In this document: piece after piece, positions 53,753 through 63,992 of the stretch
How positions within the stretch are numbered: the first letter of the stretch is position 1
Layout: every line of letters begins with the position of its first letter
From: an uncultured Chloroflexia bacterium
GTDB lineage: Bacteria; Chloroflexota; Limnocylindria; Limnocylindrales; CSP1-4
Length of the DNA stretch: 64,000 nucleotides
Direction of reading: 5' to 3'
Assembly: GCA_963809045.1 (NCBI GenBank)
Contig: CAWEHW010000004.1
Span: forward strand, 2,221,904-2,285,903
Program-made: the position numbers and the translations under genes
Notes under the pieces: generated by a model
Told to the model about the DNA's origin: nothing
Seen by the model: only the letters and a program-made list of their open reading frames with translations
Databases searched by the model: none

Positions 53753-54805
53753 ATGACCCGCTCGATCAGCCGCGCCGGCGCCGCGTTTGGCGCCGCCCTC
53801 TTCGTGATTGCCCTGACCGCGGCCCCGGCGCTCGCCTGCGGTGGCCTGATCGGCCCGAACGGGGCGGTCAACCTGATCCGCACGACCACCCTCGCCGGGT
53901 ACCACGATGGCGAGGAGCACTACATCACGGCGTTCCAGTTCGCGGGCGGTGGCGGCTCGTTCGGTTCGTTGACGCCCCTGCCGGGGATCCCGTCCAAGGT
54001 GGAGAAGGGTGGCGACTGGACGCTCCAGCGCCTGATCCTCGAGACCGAGCCGCAGCGCGACGCGTTCTTCGCCGCTCCGGAGGCGGCGGCTGGGTCCGCC
54101 GAGGAGCTGATGAAGGTCCGGATCGATGCCCTCGACGTCACCGTGCTGCGGGGTGGCCCGGCCGAGGTCGGCAAGTGGGCCTCCGATCACGGTTTCCGGC
54201 TCCCACCCGACGCTCCCGAGGTGCTCGATTTCTACGCGGCGCGGTCCCCGATCTTCCTCGCGGCGGTCTTCGACGCCGACGCGGCCGCCGAACGTGGCCA
54301 GGCAGTCGGCGACGGCACGCCCGTCCACATCACGATCCCGACGGACAACCCGTGGGTTCCGCTCCGAATCCTGGCGCTCGGCAAGGGCGAGGCGGAGCGC
54401 GTCGAAGCCGACGTCTACCTCCTGACCGACCGGCGGCCCGCCCTGCTGCCAAACCCGGACGGCGCGAACGGCCTCGAGCTTGGTCACAGCGCATCGGCCA
54501 GCGAATTGCTCCTGACCGACCTGCGTTCGGACCGCGGCATGGAGTGGGTTCCCGAATCGGCCTGGCTGAGCAAGGTCCGGATCGATGCGGCGGCGCCGCA
54601 GCTGGGCTTCGATCTCGCGATCGATGCGTCGGGGGCGCGGCAGCCGTCCCGGGTGATGGCCGGCCTGGACCTCCCGGGCGCCGTCGTCCCGGCCGATCGC
54701 TCGGCCGATCTCGTCCGGATCATCGTGGCCGTGACGTTCACGGTTGGCGGCATCGGCGGGATCCTCTACCTGCTGGCCCGTCGGCCACCGCTGACCGCGG
54801 CCTGA
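53753..54805 (+). CDS. DUF2330-like secreted/membrane-anchored protein
   Basis: Signal peptide ending ALACGG. ...EEHYITAFQFAGGG.... C-terminal TM anchor (IIVAVTFTVGGIGGILYLLA). Confidence 0.75.
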   Translation: MTRSISRAGAAFGAALFVIALTAAPALACGGLIGPNGAVNLIRTTTLAGYHDGEEHYITAFQFAGGGGSFGSLTPLPGIPSKVEKGGDWTLQRLILETEPQRDAFFAAPEAAAGSAEELMKVRIDALDVTVLRGGPAEVGKWASDHGFRLPPDAPEVLDFYAARSPIFLAAVFDADAAAERGQAVGDGTPVHITIPTDNPWVPLRILALGKGEAERVEADVYLLTDRRPALLPNPDGANGLELGHSASASELLLTDLRSDRGMEWVPESAWLSKVRIDAAAPQLGFDLAIDASGARQPSRVMAGLDLPGAVVPADRSADLVRIIVAVTFTVGGIGGILYLLARRPPLTAA

Positions 54806-54818
54806 GAGGCGCAACGAG

Positions 54819-55265
54819 ATGACCGTGCAGCTGAAGCGACATCGCCGGCCGGGGCGCCTCGCCCTGGCCGGTGGCCTCGCCCTGGCGCTCGGGATGGCCG
54901 GTATCGCAGCAGCGTGGGCGAGTGGGCCGGGTGGCCCGAGGACCGTCGAGATCCCGATCCGCTACTCGCACTTCGAGCGAACCGTCTTGACCGTCCGGGC
55001 CGGGGAGCCGATCACGTTCGTCCTGACCAACGGCGACCCGATCGACCACGAATGGATCGTCGGCGACACGGGCATCCATGAGCGGCACCGCACCGGCACC
55101 GAACCCGTCCACGGGGCACGACCCACTGAGGTGACCGTCAAGGCCGGCACGACGGCGACGACGACGGTCACGTTCACCAGGCCCGGGACCTTCCTGTACA
55201 TCTGCCATCTGCCCGGCCATGAGGCCTACGGCATGGTCGGCACGGTCCGGGTGACGGGCGGCTGA
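54819..55265 (+). CDS. cupredoxin (plastocyanin/azurin-like blue-copper) protein
   Basis: N-terminal anchor/signal. Type-1 Cu ligand pattern (His in PIDHEW) ... YICHLPGHEAYGM (Cys-x2-His-x4-Met). Confidence 0.8.
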   Translation: MTVQLKRHRRPGRLALAGGLALALGMAGIAAAWASGPGGPRTVEIPIRYSHFERTVLTVRAGEPITFVLTNGDPIDHEWIVGDTGIHERHRTGTEPVHGARPTEVTVKAGTTATTTVTFTRPGTFLYICHLPGHEAYGMVGTVRVTGG

Positions 55266-55288
55266 TCCGGGCGGCTATCCTCGCCGGG

Positions 55289-57007
55289 ATGCGCCCGCTT
55301 CCCGCCCCGTACGACACCATCGCGGCCGGTCTGCCGTCGAACATCGCCCTGGCCGGCCCTGCGCTCCTCGGCCATCGGCTGCTGACCAAGGACCTCGCCT
55401 TCCCGACGTCGGAGCGTGACGCGTTCCGGTTGCGCGGCCTGCTCCCCGACCGGGTCCTGACGATCGAGGAGCAGGAGGAGCTCGAGCTCGAACACCTGCG
55501 CCGCAAGACGGATGCCCTCGAGGCCTACATCGGGCTTGCCGCACTGCAGGATCGCAACGCAACGCTCTTCTACCGGCTCCTCGCCGACCACCTCCCGGAA
55601 TTCATGCCGATCGTGTACACGCCGACCGTCGGTCGTGCCTGTGTCGAGTTCAGCCACATCATCCGGCGGACGCGCGGCGCCTGGATCACGCCCGCGGACC
55701 GTGACCGGATCCCGGACCTCTTGCGACAGGGCCCATACGAGGATGTCCGGCTGATCGTCGTGACCGACAACGAGCGGATCCTCGGCCTTGGCGACCAGGG
55801 CGCCGGTGGCATGGCGATCCCGATCGGCAAGCTCGCGCTGTACACGGCGGCCTGTGGGATCCACCCGGCACTGACCCTGCCGGTGTCGCTCGACGTCGGC
55901 ACCGACAATCCGACGCTCCTCGCGGATCCGCTCTACCTCGGGTATCGCGCCCCGCGGCTTCGAGGCCCGGAATACGACGCGCTCCTCGAGGCGTTCGTCG
56001 ACGGCGTCGCGGAGGTCTGGCCGGGTTGCGTGATCCAGTGGGAGGACTTCAAGGGCAGCAACGCGCTCCGGATCCTCGATCGGTACAAGGCGCGGGTGCC
56101 GTCGTTCAACGACGACGTCCAGGGCACCGCCGCTGTGGTCGTGGCCGGGATCCTTGCGGCGACCCGATCGCTCGGAACCTCGCTCGCGGAGACGCGCGTC
56201 GTGCTGGCCGGTGCGGGCGCCGCCGGCATCGGGATCGCGAGGCTTGTCCGGCTGGCGATGCTGGACGCGGGGATGGACGACTCTGCCGTGCGGCGTTCGA
56301 TCGTGCTGGTCGACTCACAGGGTCTCGTCCACGAACAGCGAACCGATCTCGACGATTCGAAGCGCGAGGTGGCGGCGCCCGGTGAGCCGACGACTCCCGG
56401 GCTGGTCGAGACGATCCGACGGGTGCGGCCGACCGTCCTGGTCGGCACGACCGGGATCGGTGGGTCGTTCGGCGGCGACGTCATCGGGGCGATGGCTGCC
56501 GCCAACGACCGACCCGTGATCATGCCGCTGTCCAACCCCACGTCGCGCTGCGAGGCCACCCCGACCGACATCCTGCGCTGGAGCTCCGGCCGCGCGGTGA
56601 TCGCGACTGGTTCGCCCTTCGACGCGGTCGAGGTCGACGGCCGCCGCCAGGAGATCGGCCAGGCCAACAACGTGTTCGTGTTCCCGGGGTTGGGTCTGGG
56701 TGCGATCGCCGCGGAGGCGACCTCGATCACGCAGCGGATGTTCCTGCTGGCCGCCCGCGCCCTCGCCGATGCCGTGACCGACGAACGCCTCGCGAGCGGC
56801 GCCCTCTATCCGCCGGTGGGCGACCTGCGAGCGGTCTCACGCTCGATCGCCATCGAGGTCGCGCGGGAGGCCGTGGCGTCCGGCGTCGCACGGATCGATC
56901 CCGCGACCGACATCGACGCCCTCGTTGACGCCGCGACCTGGTGGCCGGCCTACGTGCCATATGCCCCGGCCCGGCCGGTCGAGCGCCGCCGCGACGGCGA
57001 GCCATGA
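55289..57007 (+). CDS. NAD(P)-dependent malic enzyme
   Basis: FYRLL..HL.EFMPIVYTPTVG, VVTDNERILGLGDQGAGGMAIPIGKLALYTAACGI, FNDDVQGTAAV, GAGAAGIGIA, MPLSNPTS, NNVFVFPGLGLG. Confidence 0.9.
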   Translation: MRPLPAPYDTIAAGLPSNIALAGPALLGHRLLTKDLAFPTSERDAFRLRGLLPDRVLTIEEQEELELEHLRRKTDALEAYIGLAALQDRNATLFYRLLADHLPEFMPIVYTPTVGRACVEFSHIIRRTRGAWITPADRDRIPDLLRQGPYEDVRLIVVTDNERILGLGDQGAGGMAIPIGKLALYTAACGIHPALTLPVSLDVGTDNPTLLADPLYLGYRAPRLRGPEYDALLEAFVDGVAEVWPGCVIQWEDFKGSNALRILDRYKARVPSFNDDVQGTAAVVVAGILAATRSLGTSLAETRVVLAGAGAAGIGIARLVRLAMLDAGMDDSAVRRSIVLVDSQGLVHEQRTDLDDSKREVAAPGEPTTPGLVETIRRVRPTVLVGTTGIGGSFGGDVIGAMAAANDRPVIMPLSNPTSRCEATPTDILRWSSGRAVIATGSPFDAVEVDGRRQEIGQANNVFVFPGLGLGAIAAEATSITQRMFLLAARALADAVTDERLASGALYPPVGDLRAVSRSIAIEVAREAVASGVARIDPATDIDALVDAATWWPAYVPYAPARPVERRRDGEP

Positions 57008-58113
57008 CCTCCATCAGGGCTGCCGTCCTCCGGGAGCCGGGCGATCCGGTCGTTGTCGAGGAGCTGGACCTCGCGGAACCACGGGCTGGCGAGGTCCGAG
57101 TCCGGATCCTGGCGTCGGGTGTTTGCCACTCCGACCTGCACGTCCGCGACGGCGACTGGCCGCGACCCACGCCGATCGCCATGGGCCACGAAGGCGCCGG
57201 CGTCGTCGACGCCGTTGGACCGGGTGTGCGGTCCCTGGCGGTCGGCCAGCCGGTGGCCCTGTCGTGGCAGGTTCCATGCGGGATCTGCCGGTCTTGTCGA
57301 GCCGGTCGCGTCTGGGCGTGTCTCGATTCCCCGTCGTTCCGGCACCGGATGCCCGACGGGGCGACGGTGCTGACCGGCTCGGACGGGGCCGCCGTCATGT
57401 CCTACTGCGGGATCGGCACGATGGCCGAGGCGACCGTGGTCCCCGAGGCGGCCGCGATCGCGCTCCCGACGGGCGTGGATCCAGCCGTCGCGGCGTTGAT
57501 CGGCTGCTGTGTGGCGACGGGCGTTGGCGCAGTGCTCAACACGGCGGCTGTGCCGGCCGGCTCGAGCGTTGCGGTCATTGGGCTCGGCGGCGTCGGGCTG
57601 TCATGCGTGATGGGTGCGACGCTCGCCGGTGCGGCGCGGATCGTGGCGCTCGATCGAGTGGCATCGAAGCTCGACGTGGCGCGTTCGATCGGCGCAACCG
57701 ACGGCCTGCTGGCGACCGACGACCGCGCGGGGATGATCGAAGCGCTTCGCGACCTGACCGACGGTGGCCCCGATTTCGTCTTCGAGGCCATCGGGCGGGT
57801 GCCGACGGTCGAGCTCGCCATCGAGTCCCTCCCGGTCGCTGGCACCGCCGTGCTGGTGGGACTGACCGCGTTCGAGGCCCGTGCCTCGTTCGGCGTGTAT
57901 CCCCTCGTCGACGGCAGCCGGCGAATCCTCGGCTCGAACTACGGGTTCGCCGATCCGGCCACCGACTTCCCACGGTACGCGGCGCTCAACCTGGCGGGCA
58001 GGCTGCCGGCAGAGCGCTTGATCGATCGTCGGATTGGCCTCGACGACCTCGAAGGCGCCTTCGATCGACTACGCGCCGGAGATGGTCTTCGCCAGGTCGT
58101 CGTGTTCGGCTAG
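57004..58113 (+). CDS. zinc-dependent alcohol dehydrogenase family protein
   Basis: GVCHSDLH, GHEGAGVV, Cys cluster CGICRSCRAG..C, GLGGVGLS Rossmann motif. ATG overlaps the malic-enzyme stop. Confidence 0.85.
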   Translation: MTSIRAAVLREPGDPVVVEELDLAEPRAGEVRVRILASGVCHSDLHVRDGDWPRPTPIAMGHEGAGVVDAVGPGVRSLAVGQPVALSWQVPCGICRSCRAGRVWACLDSPSFRHRMPDGATVLTGSDGAAVMSYCGIGTMAEATVVPEAAAIALPTGVDPAVAALIGCCVATGVGAVLNTAAVPAGSSVAVIGLGGVGLSCVMGATLAGAARIVALDRVASKLDVARSIGATDGLLATDDRAGMIEALRDLTDGGPDFVFEAIGRVPTVELAIESLPVAGTAVLVGLTAFEARASFGVYPLVDGSRRILGSNYGFADPATDFPRYAALNLAGRLPAERLIDRRIGLDDLEGAFDRLRAGDGLRQVVVFG

Positions 58114-59519
58114 GCCCTGTCGTCGGCGACGCCCGAGCCAGCCGTGGGCATGTCGTCTGGCTCGAGCGGCGCGAGCACCGGCGGTTCGGGCTCCTCGATC
58201 GGCGGCAATAGCTCGACCCCGGTGATCAACCTTGTGCCTCGGCCGTGCGTGAGGAAGCTCCACGCCCACCGGATCACCACCACCAACCGGTTGGCGAATC
58301 CGATCAGAAACACGATGTGGATCCCCAGCCAGAGCGCCCACGCGAAGAACCCGCTCTGGCGCCCGAACGGGCCCAGCCAGCCGATGTTGGTGACCCCGGC
58401 GAGTCGGCCGATGATCGCGACGTCGCCCTTGTCCTGGTATCGGAATGGACCATATGGACGGCCCAGGACCCGACGTCGGATCACCTTCGCGGCGTACGAC
58501 CCCGACTGGATCGCGCCTTGCGCGACGCCCGGGACCGGGCGACCGTCCTTCCAGGGCTGAACCGCCGCGTCGCCGACGACGAAGATCTCCGGATGGCCGG
58601 GGATCGTCAGGTCCGGTCCGACGATGACCCGCCCCGCTCGGTCCGTCTCGCCACCGACGGCTTTCGCGACGACGCGTGCGAACGCCGACGCCTGGACGCC
58701 GGCGGCCCAGAGCACCGTTCGGGCCGGCACCTCCTGCGTCTCGTCATCGGGCGTGGTCACCCGGACATGCCGATCGTCGATATGGACGACCCGGGTTCGG
58801 GTCCGGACCTCCACGCCGAGGCGCTCCAGCTGCCGCTGCGCCGATTTCGAACGATCGGGCGGGTACGGCGGCAGGATCCGATCCATCGCCTCGACCAGGA
58901 TGATGCGCGCCTCGCCGGATCGGATCGCGCGGAAATCCCGCTTGAGCGTGTCGTGCGCGATCTCGCCCAGCGCGCCCGCGAGCTCGACGCCCGTGGGCCC
59001 GCCACCGACGACCACGAAGGTCATCCATTCGCGCCGCCGTTCCGGGTCAGCTTCCCGTTCCGCGGCTTCGAAGGCGATGAGGATCCGCCGGCGGATCTCG
59101 GTCGCGTCCTCGATCGTCTTGAGGCCCGGGGCAAGCGCAGCCCAATCCGGCTGGTCGAAGTAGGAGTGATGGGCGCCCGAGGCGACGATGAGGGTGTCAT
59201 AGGCGATCGGGCCGCCGTCCGCGATGAGCACCTCGCGACGATCGGGATCGAGCCCGACGGCCTGGCCGAGGATCACCGTCGTGTTCCGTTGCTTGCGAAG
59301 CACTGACCGAAGCGGCTGGGCGATGTCACCGGGCGACAGGGCTCCGGTCGCAACCTGGTAGAGCAGCGGCTGGAACAGGTGGAAGTTGCGCCGATCGACG
59401 AGGGTCAGGCGGACCTCCGGATCGATCCCGAGGTTGCGCGCCGCGTACAGGCCGGCGAACCCGCCACCGACGATCGTGACGCGGTGCGGGAGCGGCGGCT
59501 TCGGGGCGGCGATGGTCAC
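58110..59519 (-). CDS. ndh: type II NADH dehydrogenase (NDH-2) family FAD-dependent oxidoreductase
   Basis: VTIVGGGFAGL, NFHLFQPLLYQVATG, VVVGGGPTGVELAG, VVGD. C-terminal membrane-associating helices. Confidence 0.85.
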   Translation of the reverse strand: MTIAAPKPPLPHRVTIVGGGFAGLYAARNLGIDPEVRLTLVDRRNFHLFQPLLYQVATGALSPGDIAQPLRSVLRKQRNTTVILGQAVGLDPDRREVLIADGGPIAYDTLIVASGAHHSYFDQPDWAALAPGLKTIEDATEIRRRILIAFEAAEREADPERRREWMTFVVVGGGPTGVELAGALGEIAHDTLKRDFRAIRSGEARIILVEAMDRILPPYPPDRSKSAQRQLERLGVEVRTRTRVVHIDDRHVRVTTPDDETQEVPARTVLWAAGVQASAFARVVAKAVGGETDRAGRVIVGPDLTIPGHPEIFVVGDAAVQPWKDGRPVPGVAQGAIQSGSYAAKVIRRRVLGRPYGPFRYQDKGDVAIIGRLAGVTNIGWLGPFGRQSGFFAWALWLGIHIVFLIGFANRLVVVIRWAWSFLTHGRGTRLITGVELLPPIEEPEPPVLAPLEPDDMPTAGSGVADDRA

Positions 59520-59633
59520 GACTCCGAGTCTAGCGAGACCTCTCGAATCGTGGCTTCGGAAACCGGTCGGTTGATACGACCTGCCCGGAGCAGAGCCAGC
59601 GATCGTCGCGGTCCAACCTCAGCGGGGCCGGGC

Positions 59634-60224
59634 TTATCGGCGACGCTTGGATGTGGGCCCGGCCGGGACGGGGTCGGACGCCTCGACGGCCGTCTCGTCG
59701 GCCGTCACGTCCTCCACGGCCAGGTCGGAAAGCATGAGCGACTCGCCCTCCTCGCCAACGACGGGCACGGCCGTCGGCGCATGTCGCCCAGGGCCAACCG
59801 GGATCGCGTCGGTCGGGGAGGCCGGGTCGCCCATGACCGGAACGCCGATGCCGCGACCCTCGACCTGCCTCGGATTGGCAGCGATGGCCGCGAATGGCGA
59901 ACCCGCAGGCACATCGAAGCTCGCGGGCGGTCCGGACGGTTGCTCGACGATGACCTCGAGCTCGCCGCCGGCATCGCGCGCCACGCCGCAGCGATAGCAG
60001 TGCGGGTGCCGCAGCTCGTTGACCGAGCGACAGTCGTGACAGACCCAGAACGGCTCGGCCTCGGGCTCGGGTCCCGTCTGCATGCGGCGCGTGATCCAAA
60101 TCAGGCGGTAGCCAACGAACAGGAGGGTCGGTCCGGCGAGCAGGCCCAGCGCGACGGCCACGGGCGGAATCTGTGCGAGAGCGCGCTGCAAGGACTCGCC
60201 GAGACTGCTCAGATCGATCGGCAT
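59634..60224 (-). CDS. membrane protein with cytoplasmic zinc-ribbon motif, hypothetical
   Basis: One TM helix (VAVALGLLAGPTLLFVGYRLIWI), then WVCHDCRSVNELRHPHCYRCG (CxxC-x10-CxxC). Confidence 0.5.
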   Translation of the reverse strand: MPIDLSSLGESLQRALAQIPPVAVALGLLAGPTLLFVGYRLIWITRRMQTGPEPEAEPFWVCHDCRSVNELRHPHCYRCGVARDAGGELEVIVEQPSGPPASFDVPAGSPFAAIAANPRQVEGRGIGVPVMGDPASPTDAIPVGPGRHAPTAVPVVGEEGESLMLSDLAVEDVTADETAVEASDPVPAGPTSKRRR

Positions 60225-60385
60225 GGCAACGTTTCGCCCCGAGGTTACGTTCCCCTCGCGCGGAATGGTACGCCGTCAGCATTGCAACGTGCGCGTTGCG
60301 TGCACGCACCAGTATCGAGGGCTGCCAGCGTAACGACCGTGGCGGGCCGGCGCACGAACGGCGCTGCGCGAGGCCCACCGATGGA

Positions 60386-63160
60386 CTACTTGTCGCGTTC
60401 GGCGCTCGCCATGACGGCCTGGGCCGCCGCCAGGCGGGCGACGGGGACCCGGAACGGCGAGCACGACACGTAGTCGAGCCCAATCCGCTCGCACTTGTGG
60501 ATGGACTCGGGGTCACCGCCATGCTCGCCGCAGATGCCGAGCTCGAGGTCGGGGCGGGTCGCCCTCCCCTTCTCCACGGCGGTGCGCATCAAGCCAGCGA
60601 CCGCGTCGTCGAGCGTCTGGAACGGATTGACCGGCAGGATCCCGTCCTCGACGTACTTGAGGAGGAACCCGCCCTCGGCGTCGTCCCGGCTGTACCCGAA
60701 GGTCATCTGGGTGAGGTCGTTGGTGCCAAAGCTGAAGAATTCGGCGTGGTGAGCGATCTCGTCGGCCGTCAGCGCGCCCCGGGGAACCTCGATCATCGTC
60801 CCGAAGACGTACTCGACCTCCACGCCGGCCTTCGATTCGACGGCCTTCGCCTCGGTTTCGAGCAGCGCCCGGGTGGCCGACAGCTCGTTCACGTGTCCCA
60901 CGAGCGGGATCATGATCTTGGCCTTGGGATTGCCGCCGGCCTTCTTGACGGCGATCAGGGCGTTGAGGATCGCCCGGGTCTGGACCTTGACGAAGTCCGG
61001 GATCATCAGGCCGAGGCGACAGCCGCGCAGGCCGAGCATCGGGTTCTGCTCGTGCATCGACTTGATCGTCGCGAGCAGCTCCTTGTCCTCCGCCGTTGCC
61101 GCATCGCCGGCCTTCGTGACCTTGACCAGCTGCTCCTCGAGGTTGGGCAGGAATTCGTGGAGCGGCGGATCGATCAGGCGGATGACGACGGGCAGGCTGT
61201 CCATCGCCTTGAAGATGCCCTCGAAATCGCCCTGCTGGAGGACCTCCAGCTTGGCCATGGCGGCGTCGAACGTCGCGACGATGCTGGCCTCGTCCGCGGT
61301 GAGCTGGGTTCCGGCGGCCTTCTTTGCCTTGGCGCGAGTGGCGGCGTTGGCGACGAGGATGGCGCCGCGCACGATGTCGAGCCGCTCCCCTTCCCGGAAC
61401 ATGTGCTCGGTCCGGCACAGGCCGATGCCCTGGGCGCCGTAGCGGCGGGCCTGGGCGGCCTCCTCGGGCTTGTCCGCGTTGGTCCAGACCTGCATCCGAC
61501 GGATGCCATCGGCCCAGGCGAGGATCTGCTGGAGCTCCGGCTGGTCTTCGAAGCGTGCGTCAACGGTGGGCAGCGCCCCGACGTAGAGGGCCCCGGTCGA
61601 CCCGTCGAGGCTGACCCAGTCACCCTCCTTGAACTCGGTCCCGGTGACGTTGCAGTGCGCCTGCTGGTTGGCGTAGTCGACGATCAGGTCGCTCGACCCG
61701 GCCACGCAGGGCTTGCCGATCTGGCGAGCGACCACCGCAGCATGGGAGGTGGCCCCGCCGCGGGCGGTGATGATCCCCTCCGCCACGGCCATGCCGTGGA
61801 AGTCGTCGGGTGAGGTCTCGATCCGGACCAGGATGACCTTCTCACCCCGGTTGACCCACTCCACGGCGGTGTCCGCGTCGAACACGGCGCGCCCAACCGC
61901 GGCCCCGGGCGACGCGTTCAGGCCGTTGACGATCTTGGTCGCCTGCTGCAGCGCCTTCGCGTCGAACGTGGCCCGCAGCAGCTGGTCCACGTGGGCCGGC
62001 TCGACTCGCCCGACCGCATCTTCCGGCGTGATCAGGCCCTCCGCGACCATGTCGACGGCGATCTTCACGGCCGCCGCGGCGGTCCGCTTCGCCGATCGCG
62101 TCTGGAGCATGTACAGCTTGCCGCGTTCGATCGTGAACTCGAGGTCCTGCACGTCACGGTAGTGCTTCTCGAGCTGCTTCCCGATCCGCTGGAACTCGGC
62201 GTACACCTCCGGCATGTCGGTCTGCATCTGGCTGATCTTGGGCGCCGTCCGGATCCCGGCCACGACGTCCTCGCCCTGGGCGTTCGTCAGGTACTCGCCG
62301 AAGAGCGTCTTCTCGCCGGTGTTCGGGTCTCGCGTGAACGCGACGCCGGTCCCGGAATCCTCGCCCATGTTCCCGTAGACCATGGTGACCACGTTGACCG
62401 CGGTCCCGAGATCGTGCGCGATCTTCTGGTTGTTCCGGTAGTCCACGGCCCGCTTGCCAAACCAGCTCGCGAACACGGCCTTGATCGCCAGGTCGAGCTG
62501 CTCGTACGGATCGCTCGGGAACTCGCGGCCGGCATCCTGTTTGACGATGGACTTGAACTCGTCGACCAGGGCTCGAAGGGCCGCAGCGTCGAGATCGGTG
62601 TCCTGCTCGGCGCCGTGCTTCGCTTTCGCTGCTTCGAGCGCATGGTCGAACCGCTCGCCCTTCACGTCCATGACGATCCGGCCGAACATCTGGATGAACC
62701 GCCGGTACGCGTCCCAGCCAAATCGCTCGTTGCCGGTCAGCGCGATCAGGCCCTTGAGCGTCTCCTCGTTGAGGCCCAGGTTGAGGACGGTGTCCATCAT
62801 CCCCGGCATCGAGAACTTGGCCCCGGAGCGGACCGAGACGAGCAGTGGATCGGCCGCGAGACCGAAGCCCTTGCCGGTCAGCCGCTCGACCTCCTTGACC
62901 GCCTCGAGCACGTCCTCCCAGAGACCGTCCGGGAGCTTCTCGCCAGCCGTGAAGTAGTCGTTGCACGCTTCGGTCGTGATCGTGAAGCCCGGCGGCACCG
63001 GAAGGCCCGCGTTGGTCATCTCGGCGAGGCCCGCGCCCTTGCCCCCGAGCAGATCGCGCATCTTGGCATCGCCCTCGGCCGTTCCGCCGCCCCAGGCGTA
63101 GATGTAGCGCTTGGCGGCAGCGTGGGCACGCTCGCCGGCTGGGCTCGCGGTCTGGGTCAT
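60386..63160 (-). CDS. ppdK: pyruvate, phosphate dikinase
   Basis: 924 aa. LLGGKGAGLAEM, ATP-grasp N-terminus, phospho-His loop GGATSHAAVVAR, PEP-binding TIM barrel (GLCRTEHMF, FSFGTNDLTQ, CGEHGGDP). Confidence 0.95.
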   Translation of the reverse strand: MTQTASPAGERAHAAAKRYIYAWGGGTAEGDAKMRDLLGGKGAGLAEMTNAGLPVPPGFTITTEACNDYFTAGEKLPDGLWEDVLEAVKEVERLTGKGFGLAADPLLVSVRSGAKFSMPGMMDTVLNLGLNEETLKGLIALTGNERFGWDAYRRFIQMFGRIVMDVKGERFDHALEAAKAKHGAEQDTDLDAAALRALVDEFKSIVKQDAGREFPSDPYEQLDLAIKAVFASWFGKRAVDYRNNQKIAHDLGTAVNVVTMVYGNMGEDSGTGVAFTRDPNTGEKTLFGEYLTNAQGEDVVAGIRTAPKISQMQTDMPEVYAEFQRIGKQLEKHYRDVQDLEFTIERGKLYMLQTRSAKRTAAAAVKIAVDMVAEGLITPEDAVGRVEPAHVDQLLRATFDAKALQQATKIVNGLNASPGAAVGRAVFDADTAVEWVNRGEKVILVRIETSPDDFHGMAVAEGIITARGGATSHAAVVARQIGKPCVAGSSDLIVDYANQQAHCNVTGTEFKEGDWVSLDGSTGALYVGALPTVDARFEDQPELQQILAWADGIRRMQVWTNADKPEEAAQARRYGAQGIGLCRTEHMFREGERLDIVRGAILVANAATRAKAKKAAGTQLTADEASIVATFDAAMAKLEVLQQGDFEGIFKAMDSLPVVIRLIDPPLHEFLPNLEEQLVKVTKAGDAATAEDKELLATIKSMHEQNPMLGLRGCRLGLMIPDFVKVQTRAILNALIAVKKAGGNPKAKIMIPLVGHVNELSATRALLETEAKAVESKAGVEVEYVFGTMIEVPRGALTADEIAHHAEFFSFGTNDLTQMTFGYSRDDAEGGFLLKYVEDGILPVNPFQTLDDAVAGLMRTAVEKGRATRPDLELGICGEHGGDPESIHKCERIGLDYVSCSPFRVPVARLAAAQAVMASAERDK

Positions 63161-63293
63161 GGGTTCCTCCGAGGGAGCGGCGGCCGCGTTGCGACCGCAA
63201 AGAGATCAGGTCGTGACCGCCCGATTGTACCGTCGCTCCCAGCCGGGCTCGGGTTGCGTGACGGTTACGACCGCAGCCGGCAGGGACCCGCGG

Positions 63294-63992
63294 TCAACCC
63301 AGGCGGGCCAGGAACCGCATCACCGGGATCGCCACCTCGAACGACTCGACGAGCACATCCGGCAGCCTGGGTGACAACACGTCGTCATCGGCGAGGCGGT
63401 GGCCGAACGTCATGTCCTTCAGCTTGAGCAGGTCGGCCTCGGGATGGTCCGCCGGGAAGCCCGTCGGAACACGCTTCAGGCTGTCACCGGAGATCTTGCC
63501 AAACCGCTTCTTGAACTCGGGTTCATCGAGGATCCTGCGCACAGCCGACGTATCAGTCAGCACGGCCTGGCGGAACGCGGCCAGCTTGGCGGTGGGCGGG
63601 TGCCACATGCCGCCACCGACGAAGGCCTCGCCCGGTTCCAGGTGGAAGTACCCGCCGGGGTCGCCTTCCTGGTGGGAGAGCTCCGCGCCGCTTTCCTTCC
63701 ACCGGAAGGCGGCCGAAGCGCTCGTCTTGTAGGGCGACTTGTCCTTCGAAAACCGGACGTCTCGATAGATCCGGAAGGGTGACCGGGCGGGATCGGCCGA
63801 CAGCGGAACGCCGCGCGCCTCGAATCGTGCGGCGAGCGCGACGCAGAGGGCCTCGAGTGGCCCCTTGAGGAGGCGCTCGTACTCGGCCTTCCGGGGCTGG
63901 AACCAGGCACGGTCGTTGTTCTGGGCGAGATCGGCGAGGAACTGGATGGCCTCCGGTCGGAAGCCCGCAAAGGTCTCGGTCGCGGCGGTCAT
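63294..63992 (-). CDS. DUF2461 (TIGR02453-like) family protein
   Basis: FRPEAIQFLADLAQNNDRAWF...K.EYE..., FRIYRDVRFSKDKSPYKT, GYFHLEPGE.FVGGGMWHP. Confidence 0.8.
   Translation of the reverse strand: MTAATETFAGFRPEAIQFLADLAQNNDRAWFQPRKAEYERLLKGPLEALCVALAARFEARGVPLSADPARSPFRIYRDVRFSKDKSPYKTSASAAFRWKESGAELSHQEGDPGGYFHLEPGEAFVGGGMWHPPTAKLAAFRQAVLTDTSAVRRILDEPEFKKRFGKISGDSLKRVPTGFPADHPEADLLKLKDMTFGHRLADDDVLSPRLPDVLVESFEVAIPVMRFLARLG

Noticed and set aside
58110-58113. 4-nt convergent overlap (CTAG) of the ADH and NDH-2 stop codons as a regulatory feature.
   Set aside because: It is a trivial consequence of a palindromic TAG/CTA overlap in a compact genome.
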